The translations under genes and the position numbers were made by a program. A DNA stretch of 64,000 nucleotides, from assembly GCF_030028105.1 (NCBI RefSeq), contig NC_092370.1:80248969-80312968 (forward strand), given 5' to 3'. Below the pieces are notes generated by a model. The model saw only the letters and a list, made by a program, of their open reading frames with translations. It searched no databases and was not told the DNA's origin. This document shows positions 14,101 through 26,100 of this stretch, in pieces. Every line of letters begins with the position of its first letter. The first letter of the stretch is position 1. Origin of the DNA: Mobula birostris (Eukaryota).

Positions 14101-17100
14101 TCCAAGAGCTTAAGAAAAAGAAGCAAGGGGGGAAATGTGGCCCTGGATCATAGTCCACAAGTCAATAAGATTATAGCTGATCTAATACTCATAGAAGAGG
14201 GCCATTCAGCCTACCACATTGATGATAACCATCAAGTACTTCACTAATTCCCTTTGCCAGCACTTGGCCCATAGGTGTTAGTGCCTGGGTGGTTCAAATG
14301 CTCATCCAGCTGTTTCTTAAATGTTGTGAGAGGACCTGCCCTCATCAGCGTGTTTAAGATTTCAACCATCTTATGGGTAAAGGGAATTAGAACATAGAAT
14401 ACAGAAGAATACAGCACAGGAACAGCACCTTCAGACCGTGATGTTGTTACAAAATGATTACGCAAATGACGCCTTTACATTAATCCTTTCTCCCTGCACA
14501 TGATCCATATCCATCCATTCTCTGCACATTCATGTGTCTATCTAAGAGCCTCTTAAACGCCTCCACCACAACCCTGGCAGGACTCTCCAGGCACCCACCA
14601 TTCTTCAGATGAAAAAACTTGCTCAGCACAACTTCCTTGAACTTCCCCAACCTCACATTAATTGCATCCCCTCTGGTCTTAAAGACATGAAGTTTTTGGT
14701 TTCTCCCTCAGATCCCCTCTAAACCTCACAAATCCATGTCCTCTGGTTTGGCATGGTTGCCTTCATCAGTCGGGGTGTTGGGCCACTATGTTGCAGTTGT
14801 ACAAGATGTGTTAGTGCGACTACGCTTGGAGTATTGAGCGCAGTTTTGGTCGATCTCTTATAGGAAAGCATTAAATTGGAAAGAATGCAGAGAAAATTCA
14901 TAAGGGTGCTGCCAGGACTCAAGGGCCTGAGGCATAGATAGAGGCTGGGCAGGATGGGATGTTACTCCTTTGAATATAAGAGATTGAGGGGTGACCTTAA
15001 GGAGATGTCTAAAATCAAGAGGGGTATATCTAGGGTGAATGCACAATCACCCTATATATGCTCCTCAAGAAAGAGAAATATACTCCTCAGGAAATAGAAT
15101 TGATAATTAGAGGGAATAGATTTGAGATGAGAGGGGAAAACATTTAAAAGAGACTGGAGGGACAACTTCTTCACCCAGGGACGGTACATATATGGAACGA
15201 GCTATCAGAGAAAGTAGTTGAGGCAGTGCTATAAAAAACATTTAAAATACAGTACATTTGGATAGGTGAATGAATAGGAAAATTTGAGAAGGATATAGGC
15301 CAAACACAGGCAAATGGGATTTAACTTGCTTCGCACATGGCTGGCATGGAGAAGTTGGGCCAAAGGCCTATTTTCATGCTTTATTAATCTACATGGAAAG
15401 AACAAACATTTCCTTTCCTCAAGCAGCCCGCAAAATTCTCCTTCTCTAATACCAACCCAATTCTCTATTATCTGACAATGCCTTTAGCTTAGTCCTCTCG
15501 CAGTTGTTTAAGAACCAGCTGCAGGTTTGACGTGAATCTCTCTGTGTGACAGGTGTTGGTCATCGGTGGGCAATCAGCAGGCTGGCAAGCAGCAGCTTTC
15601 AATCGGAGAGAGGTGTGAAAGAATTGCAACCATTGAACACGAGTTTCTCCATGCGCTGGGATTCTGGCATGAGCAGTCGAGACCCGATCGCGATGACTAC
15701 GTCCAAATAATATGGGACAGGATTGAACATGGTAAAGTCAGGTGACATCCTCCAAACAGGTGTCCCAGAGCCAGGTTTGGACACTTAGTCAAGTGTTTAA
15801 TATGAAGATGAGAAAGATGAGGGCTGGCCCTTTTGCCCAAATAATTCATGCTGTCCAAGATGCCCATCCAATCTAGTCCCATTTCGCCCATACTGTAATC
15901 TTCTGAATCTTTCCAATCCATGTACCTGTCCATGTGTCTATACTGGTAAAAAAAGAGTTACTCAAGCGAGCATAGACACAAGGGATTGCAGACTCCGGAA
16001 CCTGGATCAAGAAACAAACTGTTGGAGGAACTCAACAGTTCAAGCAACACCTGCGTTGACACTTCACGTTAAGACCCTGCATTAGGACTGAGAATGCAGG
16101 GGGAGGTCGCTGGTATAGAGTAGTGAGGGGAAGGGGTGAGGCATGGGATGGCGTGTGACATGGAGACAGGTTAGGAGGATTTATTGGTGGTGGGGTGGTG
16201 AGGGAGGTGCGGAGGGAGTGTTAGAGGCTGGAAGGTAATTGGCCAGTCAACAAAGGGCTGATGGAATCCGATGAGTAAAAATGGCAGATGGAAGTGGTTT
16301 GGAACAGTTCCCTTCAATACCCCTTCCCATCTGCCCATCATACCTTCAACATCACCTTCCTCACACCAGATGCCAGCATCTGCAGCCTTCACATCACCTC
16401 TCAGCCTCCGTCTCTACCTCCTCCTGCCCATCAACCCCCTCCTCACCTAGATCCATCGATCACCTGCTAGCCCCTACTTCCCCTCTCCTCCTCACCTCTT
16501 CATGCTGATGTAGAGTCCTGATGAAGAGTCTTGACCCAAAATTAGTCTTGCCTCTGCAGATGCTGCTCTCTAGCAGTTCATTCTTCATCCAAACTAATCT
16601 CACTTTCCAGAACTGAGCTGGTGGTATTGCAAGGTATTCAAGTGCACATTCTAGTATTATTTAAATGTGCTACCGCCTTTTCAGGAGAGTGAGTTCCAAA
16701 CTTCTACTCTCTAGATGAAGTAATGGTCCTTATCTTCCCTCTAATACTACCAACTATATATGCCCCTTACTTTGGCATCTTTCAATGCTCTACCTCAGAG
16801 ACTGGTGCTGGTTGAGACATTGAATAGATTCAATGATGAGATAGGCTTCTGAGCCACTCACCAACAAAGGACACTGGGCGAGGAAGTAGAGTTGAGGCTA
16901 AGATCATTTGATCCACAAGATTAGCCAGTGATGGAGAAGGTTCAAGGAATTGTTGGAGTAACTCAGCAGGTCAGGCGGCACCTGTAGAGGGAAAAAGACA
17001 ATCAATGTTTCAGATCGAGACTGGACTGAAATTGGGAGAGGAGAGAGAGTTAGCATAAAAAGTTTGCAGAGGATGGGTAGGGCAAGAGCTGGCAAGCCAT

Positions 17101-20100
17101 AGCTGGATCCAGATATAATGGGCAGACTGACAGATGAGCAAAGGAAGGATGGACAGAGTGACAAAGGCCCCTTATAGAATTAAAGCTTGGCAAACCTAGA
17201 CCAGGGCCATTTGGTCCAGCATGGCCAGCACCTAATTCCAGCATTCTCTTAGAAGTTTCTTGATGAGCTTTTGTTTCAATTTATTCAGGTAAGGAACACA
17301 ATTTCAATAAGTACGACGACAAGGTGACCATTTCTCAGAACATACCGTATGACTATACCTCCGTGATGCACTACAGCTCAACTGCTTTCAACAACGGCTC
17401 AGAACCAACCATTGTCACCAAGATTGCTGAGTTCAGTAAGGTGATTGGACAGCGCATGGAGTTCAGCGATTATGATCTCCAAAAAGTCAACCGACTCTAT
17501 AACTGCAGTGAGTACCAGAGTTTTGTGGGCAGGGTGAACACATGTGAAGATTAGTGAGGGTGGGGGCACAAGAGACCACAGACGCTGGGACCCAGAGGGA
17601 TTCACAAGCTGCTGGAGAAACTCAGCATCTGTGGAGGGAAATAGACAGTCAACATTTTGGGTCTTGGATCCAGATGAAAGCATCTTGACCCCAAACATCA
17701 AGTTAATATCCCAACACAGATGCTACCTGACCCACTGAGCTCCACTAGTAGCTTCTGTGTTGCTGGAGATATCGTGTGTGTTGGGAAAGATAGAGTCACA
17801 GGGACATACCGTACAACACAGCCCTTCACTAATCCCAAGTTTAAAAATTCTCTCTGTATTTGTAAACCATGTATATATGTTGTAACTGGGTTACCTGTCT
17901 GGACACGCCCCTTTGCTGACTGCTCCTGTGGCTCCTCTCACAGACCCCTGAATAAAGGGGATTGTGCCACTGCTCCTCCTCTGAGTCCAGGGCAGATACT
18001 CAGCAGGGACGAGACCCATTTTACTGTTAATAAAAGCCTTTCAGTATTTACTCTACTTCCAGTCTTTTGGAGTAATTGATAGTGCATCAGTGTTTCTATC
18101 AGCTCTCCCGCCCACCCAGATTCTTCCCCTCACCTACACAGCTGGAGCAATTTACAGTGGCCAGTTAACCCCGCTAAAGGACAGGAGGATCGGTAAGTCA
18201 GTTGGTCACTGTGTGTAGGTATAGGTGAGTGGTAAGATCTTAGCGCAGAGGGATTTATTGAAAATACATGGAGGATAAAATTAAATGGGATTTGGTCTGG
18301 GTTAGTGTTCAATAGCCTGCATCAGTTCAGTGGGCCAAAGTACCTGTTTCCTTGCTGTAGAAGGACAGCTTCTACCTCACTGTTATAAGACCAGTAAAAT
18401 GAGATGTACTTTTGAGCTCACAGTCTACCTCACATGATCTTAATACTTTATTGTCTGCCTGCACTGCACTTCCTCTGTAGCGCTTTATTCTGCATCCTGT
18501 TGTTGTTTTCCCTCCATGCACTGACATGATGAAATGATCTGTATGGATGGTATGCAAAACAAAGTTTTTGCTGCACCTCAGTCCAAGTGAGAATAATAAA
18601 CCAACCTATCTTTCTCTGATTCTCAGTGTAGAGTGTCTCTGCACTTTATTAGATAGACCTGCTCACCTGCTTGTTAATGCAAATTTCTAGTCAGCCAATC
18701 GTGTGACAGCAACTCAGTGCATAAAAGCATGCAAGTTCAGTTGTTGTTCAGGCCAAGCGTTGGAATGGGGTGGGGGAAGTAATGTAACTGGTGCTAGTTT
18801 GGGTATCTCAAGAACTGCTGATATCCTGGGATTTTCATGCCTTGCAATCTCTAGACTTTACAAAGCATGACAGAAAAACAAAAACAAAATCATTTAGTGA
18901 GCAGCAGTTCTATGGGTGAAAGCATGTTGTTAATGAGAGAGGTCCGAGGAGAATGACCAGCCTGGTTCAAGCTGACAGAAAGCCAACAAGTGACCACACT
19001 TTACGATAGTGGTGTGTAGCAGAGCATCTCTGAACAGACATGTTGAACCTTGAAGTGAATGGGCCTATAGCAGCTGAAGGCCACACCAGCTTCCACTTCT
19101 GTACCTTACAATACGGCCACTGAGTAGATATTGTCGGGCTTCATCAGCTTAGAATTGGTGACTTGGGGCTCACTCTCTGCTGTGTGGATTTGCTTGGGAA
19201 TTGGAGACTTGCGATCAGAGAGTCACATTGCATGGAAACAGGCTACTCTGCCCATCATGTTCATGCTGATCTATCTGCATGAATCCCACCTTCCAGCTGC
19301 TGGCTTGTAACCTACCTTATCTAGATAATTCAAGTGCTTGTCCAGATGCTTCTTAAGCACCATCAGTAACTCCTTCCAAGGCACTATCCAGCAGTGTGTT
19401 CCAGGTACTCACCACCCTCTGTGTGAGAAAGGTGTGAAAGGTTTATAGGGATATTGTCAAATTGGTTTATTATTGTCACATGTACTGAGATACAGTAAAA
19501 AAAAACCTTTTTTGCATGTCACCCACACAGATCATTTCACCACATCAGTGCATTAAGGTAGTACAAGGGAAGGCAAAGTATAGAATAAATTGGATGAGCT
19601 TAGGCTGGTATGACTGGGTTAGGCTGAAGGGCCTTTTTCAGTGTTGTATAACTCTATGACTCTAAGTTTCTGTGAAAGGAGAAGCAGAGTTAAACTTTCT
19701 GAGTGAAGACCCTTTGTAGGAAATCTATCGATGGACTCAGACTTGAAGCATTAACTCTGTTTCCCTCTCCACAGATACTGTCATCTTGACCACAAAACAC
19801 AGGAGCAGAATTAGGCCACTTGCCTTTCGATTTTAGCTGATTTATTTTCCCTCTCACCCATTCTCCTGCCTTCTCCCTGCGATCTTTGATGCCCTTACAA
19901 ATCAAGAAACTATCAACCTCAGCTATCAACCCAATGACTTGGCCTCCACAGCCTTCTGTGGAAATGAATTCCACAGATTCACCATCTTCTGGATAAAGAA
20001 ATTCATCTCTGTTCAAAAGGGATGACCTTCTATTCTGAGGGTGTGCTCTCTGGCCCTAGACTCTCCCGCGTTTGGAAACATCCGCTCCATGTCCACTCTA

Positions 20101-23100
20101 TCAGGCCCTGCAATATTTGGTAGATTTCAATGAGATCCACTCTTAGTCTTGTAATCTCCACTGAGTACAGATCCAGGGCCATCAAACACTCCTCATGTGT
20201 TAACCCTTTGATTTCCTAGATAATTTTTGTGAACTTACGCTGTATCCTTTCCGATGCCAACCCATTCTTTCTTAAATATAGAGCCCCAAACTGTTCATAT
20301 TACTTCCAATGTGGTCTAACTAATGCTTATTACAGCCTCAAATCCTTGCATTTATATTCTAGGCCTCTTGAAATGAGTGGCCAAGTGGTTAAGGCATTGG
20401 ACTAGCAACCTGAAGGTCGTGAGTTCGAGCCGCAGCCAAGGCAACGTGTTGTGTCCTTGAGAAAGGCATTTAATCACACATTGCTCTGCGACGACACTGG
20501 TGCCAAGCTGTATGGGCCCTAATGCCCTTCCCTTGGACAACATTGGTGTAGTGGAGAGGGGAGACTTGCTGCATGGGCAACTGCTGGTCTTCCATACAAC
20601 CTTGCCCAGGCCTGCGCCCTGGAGAGTGAAGACTTCCCAGGCGCAGATCCATGGTCTCGCAAGACTAACGGATGAAATGAATGTTAACAATTCACTTGCC
20701 TTCCTCGCTACTGACTCAACCCACAAGTTAACCTTTAGGGAATCCTGCACTAGGACCTTCAAATCCCCTTGCACCTCCAATTTCTGAATTTACTGTCTGT
20801 TTAGAAAATAGTCCCGTCCTTTATTTCATCTACCAAAGTGCACTTTCCTATACAGTATTTCATTTGTCACTTCTTTATCCATTCCGCTAAAATGTCCAAG
20901 TCCTTCTGCAGACCCCCTGCTTCCTTGGCACTATCAGTCCCTCCACCAACCTTTGTAACATTCGCAAACCTGCTGAGAGTTTCAAATATTTTCTGCTTTT
21001 AGTTACATAAATGCAAATTCTTCTTGTCAAGGTCAAAGGCAAACTCTCAGCTTTCTTCCGTCTTGTTTCTGGTTAGCCACCTCGCTCAGCTTTTTGGACA
21101 GTTGCGACTTTGAACTTGAAAATATCTGCGGCATGATACAGGATCAAAAAGACGACGCAGATTGGCAGCGAGTCTCCCAGGCCCCGGGTGGGCCTTCAAC
21201 AGACTTCACCAGCATGGGCAACTGTAAAGGTAAACACTTCCATTTCCAGCACAATTTAACGATACAGTTTAAATTTCACTGTTGTGTACTTGACAGCGTC
21301 CGCACAAGTTCAAGAGCATCTCCCAAACAAGGCAATCTCTTATTGCCTAGGACAAAGCGGCTGGTACATGGGAACACTGATCCCTGTAGAGATCCATCCT
21401 GACTTGGAAATTTGTCACCAGTTCTTCATTGTTGGTGGATCTAAATCCTGGAACTTCCCCTCCTGTGGCACGGTGAGATCACCTTAACCTGAATTAAAGT
21501 GGTTCAAGAATGTGGCTCACCAGCGCCAACTCATGGGCATTGAGAGATGGGGAATAAATGTTGTTCTTGTCAAGGATGCCCATGGCCCAGAAATGAACAA
21601 ATGATAAGTACTTCAAAACCTGAATCAGAATCTGATTTATTACCACTTATACTTATGTGAAGTGAAATTTGTTGTTGTATAGTGCAAAGACAAAATTATA
21701 ATTTATAGCAAGTAAATAGATAATGCAAAACAAAATAATAAGAAGCCACCTTCTTATTCTGGCTTCTGTCCCCTTCCTTTTCAGTCCTGATGAAGGGTCT
21801 TGGCCTGAAATGCCAACTGTTTATTCCCTTCCATAGATGCTGCCTGATATGTTGAATTTTTTCAGCATTTTGCACATGTTGCTCAAGATTTCCAGCACCT
21901 GCAGAATAATTTGTGTTTAGGAATAATGAGTTAGTGTTCATGGGATCATGAACCATTCAGAAGTCCGATGGCAGAGGGGAAAAAGTTGTTTCTGGATCAT
22001 TGGGTGTGGATCTTCAGGTGTATGTAGCTCCTCGCTGATAGTAGTAATGAGAAGAGGGCATGTCTCAGACGGAGAGACTCTTTAATGGTGGGTTCTGCCT
22101 TCCTGGAACACAGCCTCTTGACCATGTCCTTGATGGTGGGGAATGCTGTTCCTGCAATGGAACTGGCTGAGTCTGCACCCACTGCAGCCTCTTTCGGTCC
22201 TGTACATTGGAGCCTACATACCAGGCTGTGATGCAACTAGTCAGAATGCTCTCCACCACACCGACTCTACTCAAACTCCTGATCAATGCCATGTTTCCTC
22301 AGGGACAATGCACCAACAGATGGCTACAGTAGCCTGAAATGCCAGGAGGGATGGATGCTGGGGAGCAGTATTTTCTATTCCTGGGATGCACACACCAACT
22401 TGCAAACCAGTCACATTAGCTGAATATCAGCTAATACATTTGTGTGGGGAAAGGCTTTGGTCTTCTCAAAATGAGACTCTGTTTGTCATGTAAGGCTCCA
22501 CCTGTTTGCACAGGCTGGTGAAGGTGCTCCCACTGTGCCACAGGAGGGCAAGTTCCAGGATTTAGATCCCCCAACGTGGATGAACTGATGATAAATTTCC
22601 AAGTCAGGATGATCCTCCATGTGGAGGGAATGCTGAAGGATCTGTGTCCCATGTACTAGGTGTGCAGATTTTCATAGCAGACACAAGTTGGTCAATTGCA
22701 GATAGCATGCGGTGCCTGAGGAAGTGCAGCAGGGAGACCCGGAACCTCAGTGGTATGAGGAGGAGGAGACAACACACCGGAATGCAAATTCCGCAGTTGG
22801 GAGCAGCACACAGTCTGCTGGAGGTACTTGATAGGTCAATGGGTCGAGTAGCATCTGGTAGGGAAAAGGAACTGGGACCCAGATTGTCAACAGTTTCTTG
22901 CCTTCCACAGATGCAGACTGTGTGAAGAAGCATGAGGACTGGGTAGAAGAGGTGTGCTTCCAGTGGCACGTCCCTGGTCACCGTATGTGTGCGGGGGGCA
23001 AGGATTGTCTATGCAGGACATGAGAGGCTCTGTGATAGAGAGTCTCCGATAGCAGGAACATTAAAATTATGAGCCCCAGAGCAAGTCAGGTGGCCCTCCA

Positions 23101-26100
23101 CTGTAGTCCCAAAGCAAACTAGATGGTTCCCTACTTACGTGCCAAAGCAAGGCCTCCACTGTAGTCATCAAGGAAGCCAAGTAGCCCTTTACTCAAGCCC
23201 CAAAGCAAGCTAGGTGGTCCTTCTTATCACAGGACACCACTGGTCAATGTGAAGCCCAGTAATCAGTCACATGGTGCTTTGTGCTTCGCCTGCACTGATT
23301 ATTTGTTGTAACTGAATGAATACCTGAATTGATTTTCTGAAATGGTTCACTGGTCTGCTAGAGACATTGTGGGGCATGGAGCTCATTTGTGCATTGTTCG
23401 CTTTGTACATATGAAGGAGACAATGGAGTTCTAATGGATTACCTGGTTCCATCATGGCATTTGGGATGTGCTGTTGTAGGGACCCTACCTGAAACCTCAA
23501 CGATTCCTTTCCCCCAGAGACACTGCTCAACCTGCTGAGTTCTTCCAGCAGATTGGTGCATAATGGAACTGGAAGTGGAATTGAAATTAGTTCATTATTA
23601 TTGCCTGTACTAAGGTACAGTGAAAAGATAATCCTGCATTACTGCTCATACACATCAATTCATTGCACAGTGCATTATGGTAGAACAAGATAATGTTGAT
23701 AATGCTGGCTGCTTTACTGAGGCAGTGAGAAGTCCAGACAGAGTCCATGGGAGAAAATCTCATATATCTGAGCTTGGTGCCATGGCAACTTTTCGCGTCT
23801 TGTTTTAGCAATTGCCATTGTGTCTGTCTGTCTGTGTGAGCAGGTGGTGGGAGGGAAGAAAAGGATTTGTTTTGCAGTTGTTGTTTCATTGCTTATGTCC
23901 TGTGTTGTTCCGCTGAGCATCGTGGAAACACTGCGTTGGCCCCAGAGTGCGAGTCAACACTTAGCGAGCTGCCCACAGCACATCCATAGGCGTGTTGTAC
24001 ATGTGATAAATAAATCTGAATCTGACCATTGGAGCAACCCTCTCCAAAGCTGTCTCAATTTATTTTAGCTAATTCCATTACTGTTTTATTGGCGTGCCAA
24101 ATGGACATTAGTATGAAATACAGCAACTGCTTAATCCATTGAAAACAGACAACCCCCAATTTCATAACACACACACTTCACAAATGAGGCTTCTTCTGTG
24201 TGGCAGGTAATGGATACTTCATGCACTTCAGCACCAGCTCAGGCCCGGTGGGACAGAAGGCCTTCTTGGAAAGCAGGATATTTTACCCAAAGCGTGGCTT
24301 CCAATGCCTCCAATTCTACTCCTTCAACAGTGGAAGCGACAAAGACGAGCTAAACATTTGGGTCAGAGTTTTCAACGAAGAAAATCCCAATGGTACTTTA
24401 ACTAAAGTTAGAGGAGTAGAAGGTAGGTTATTGAACAACAAAGAATACATGAGTTTCAACAGTAATAAGATCATTGTCATGTAAATAATAACAATAATGG
24501 ACACAGTCAGTGGCCATTTGTTTTAGTACACCTGTATAACTGCTCGTTAATGAAAATATATGATCACACCAATCACATGGCAGCAACTCAACACGTAAAA
24601 GCATACAGCTATGCTTTGGGAAAAATGGCAGATGGAATCATATGCAGACGAGTGCAAGGTATTGGACTTCAGTATGACCAACCAGGGTAGGTTTTACACA
24701 GTGAACAGTAGGACACAGAGGAGTGTGGTAGAACAAAGGGATCTGGAAATACAGCTCCATAATTCATTGAAAGTGGCATCACAGGTTGATAGGGTCGTAA
24801 AGAAAGCCTTTGGCAGATTGACCTTCATAAATCAAAGTATTGAGTGCAGGAGATGGGATGTTATGTTGAAGTTATACAAGACGTTTGTAGGGCCTAATTT
24901 GGAGTATTGTGTGCCGTTTTGGTCACCTACCTACAGAAAAGATGTAAACAAGATGCACAGAGAAAATTTACAAGGATCTTGCCAAGTCCGGAGGACCTGA
25001 GTTATAAGGAAACATTGAATAGATTAGAACTTTATTCCTTGGAACATAGGAGAATGAGTGGAGATTTGATGGAGGTGTACAAAATTATAAGGAGTATAGA
25101 TAGGTTAAATGCAAGCAGGATTTTTCCACCGAGGTTGGGTGGGACAACAACCAGAGGTCATGGGTTAAGGATGAAAGGTGAAAAGTTATAGGAGAACACG
25201 AAGGGAAACTTCTTCACTCAAAGGATCGTGAGAGTGTGGAATGAGCTGCAGCACAAATAGTGTATACAAGCTCAATTTCAACATTTAAGAGAAGTTTGGA
25301 CAGGTACATGGATGGCAGGGGTACGTAGGGCAATAGCCCCGAAGCAGATCGATGGGAGCAGGCAGTTTAAATGGTTCAACATGGACTAGAGGGGCCAAAG
25401 AGCCTGTTTTTGTGCTGTGCTTTTCTATGACTCTATATGGTCAAGAGGTTAAATTGTTTTTCAGACTAGACATCATAATTGGAAGGAAATGTGATCTAAG
25501 TGACCTTGACCATGAAATGATTGTTGCTGCTAGATGGGATGCTTTGAGTATCTCAGAAACTGCTGATCTGCTGGGGATTTTCATGGACAACAGCCCTTAC
25601 CCTAAAGTTTGCAGAGAATGCTATGAAAAACAAAAAAAAACATCCAGTGAGTGGCAGTTCTGTGGGTAAAAACGCCTTGTTAATGAGAGAGATCAAAGAA
25701 GAATGGCCAGAATAGTTCAAGCTGACAGGAACACAGCAACTCAAATGACCACATGTTATAACAGTGATATGCAGTGAATGCACAACACTTCATTCAGAGA
25801 TGTTCTTTGAGATGGGCTACAGCAGCAGAAAACTATGAACATACTCTCAGTGGCCACTTTATTAGGTACAGGCAGCCTTACTATGCACCATCAAATGATC
25901 GCTCATTGATAAGGGTATAACTTGTGAGAAAAGATATCCGGAAAGCCTACTGATTAGAAATACGACTTGTATCCAGAAATCCCATTGATATGAGTTGAAC
26001 TTTATTGGTGGCATTTGGGAAAACTAAATTCAAATCGGTGAATGAATGTGTTGTAAAGAACAATCACTGGTAAATTGGTTTATTAATGTCACATGTACCA

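Noticed and set aside
20377-20450. tRNA gene
   Set aside because: The A/B boxes belong to a SINE head: it continues into core and tail sequence and is flanked by a TSD. The same reasoning (without a clear TSD) applies to 31298-31370.
23072-23225. CRISPR-like array
   Set aside because: Eukaryotic intron, degenerate units without unique spacers, no cas genes.
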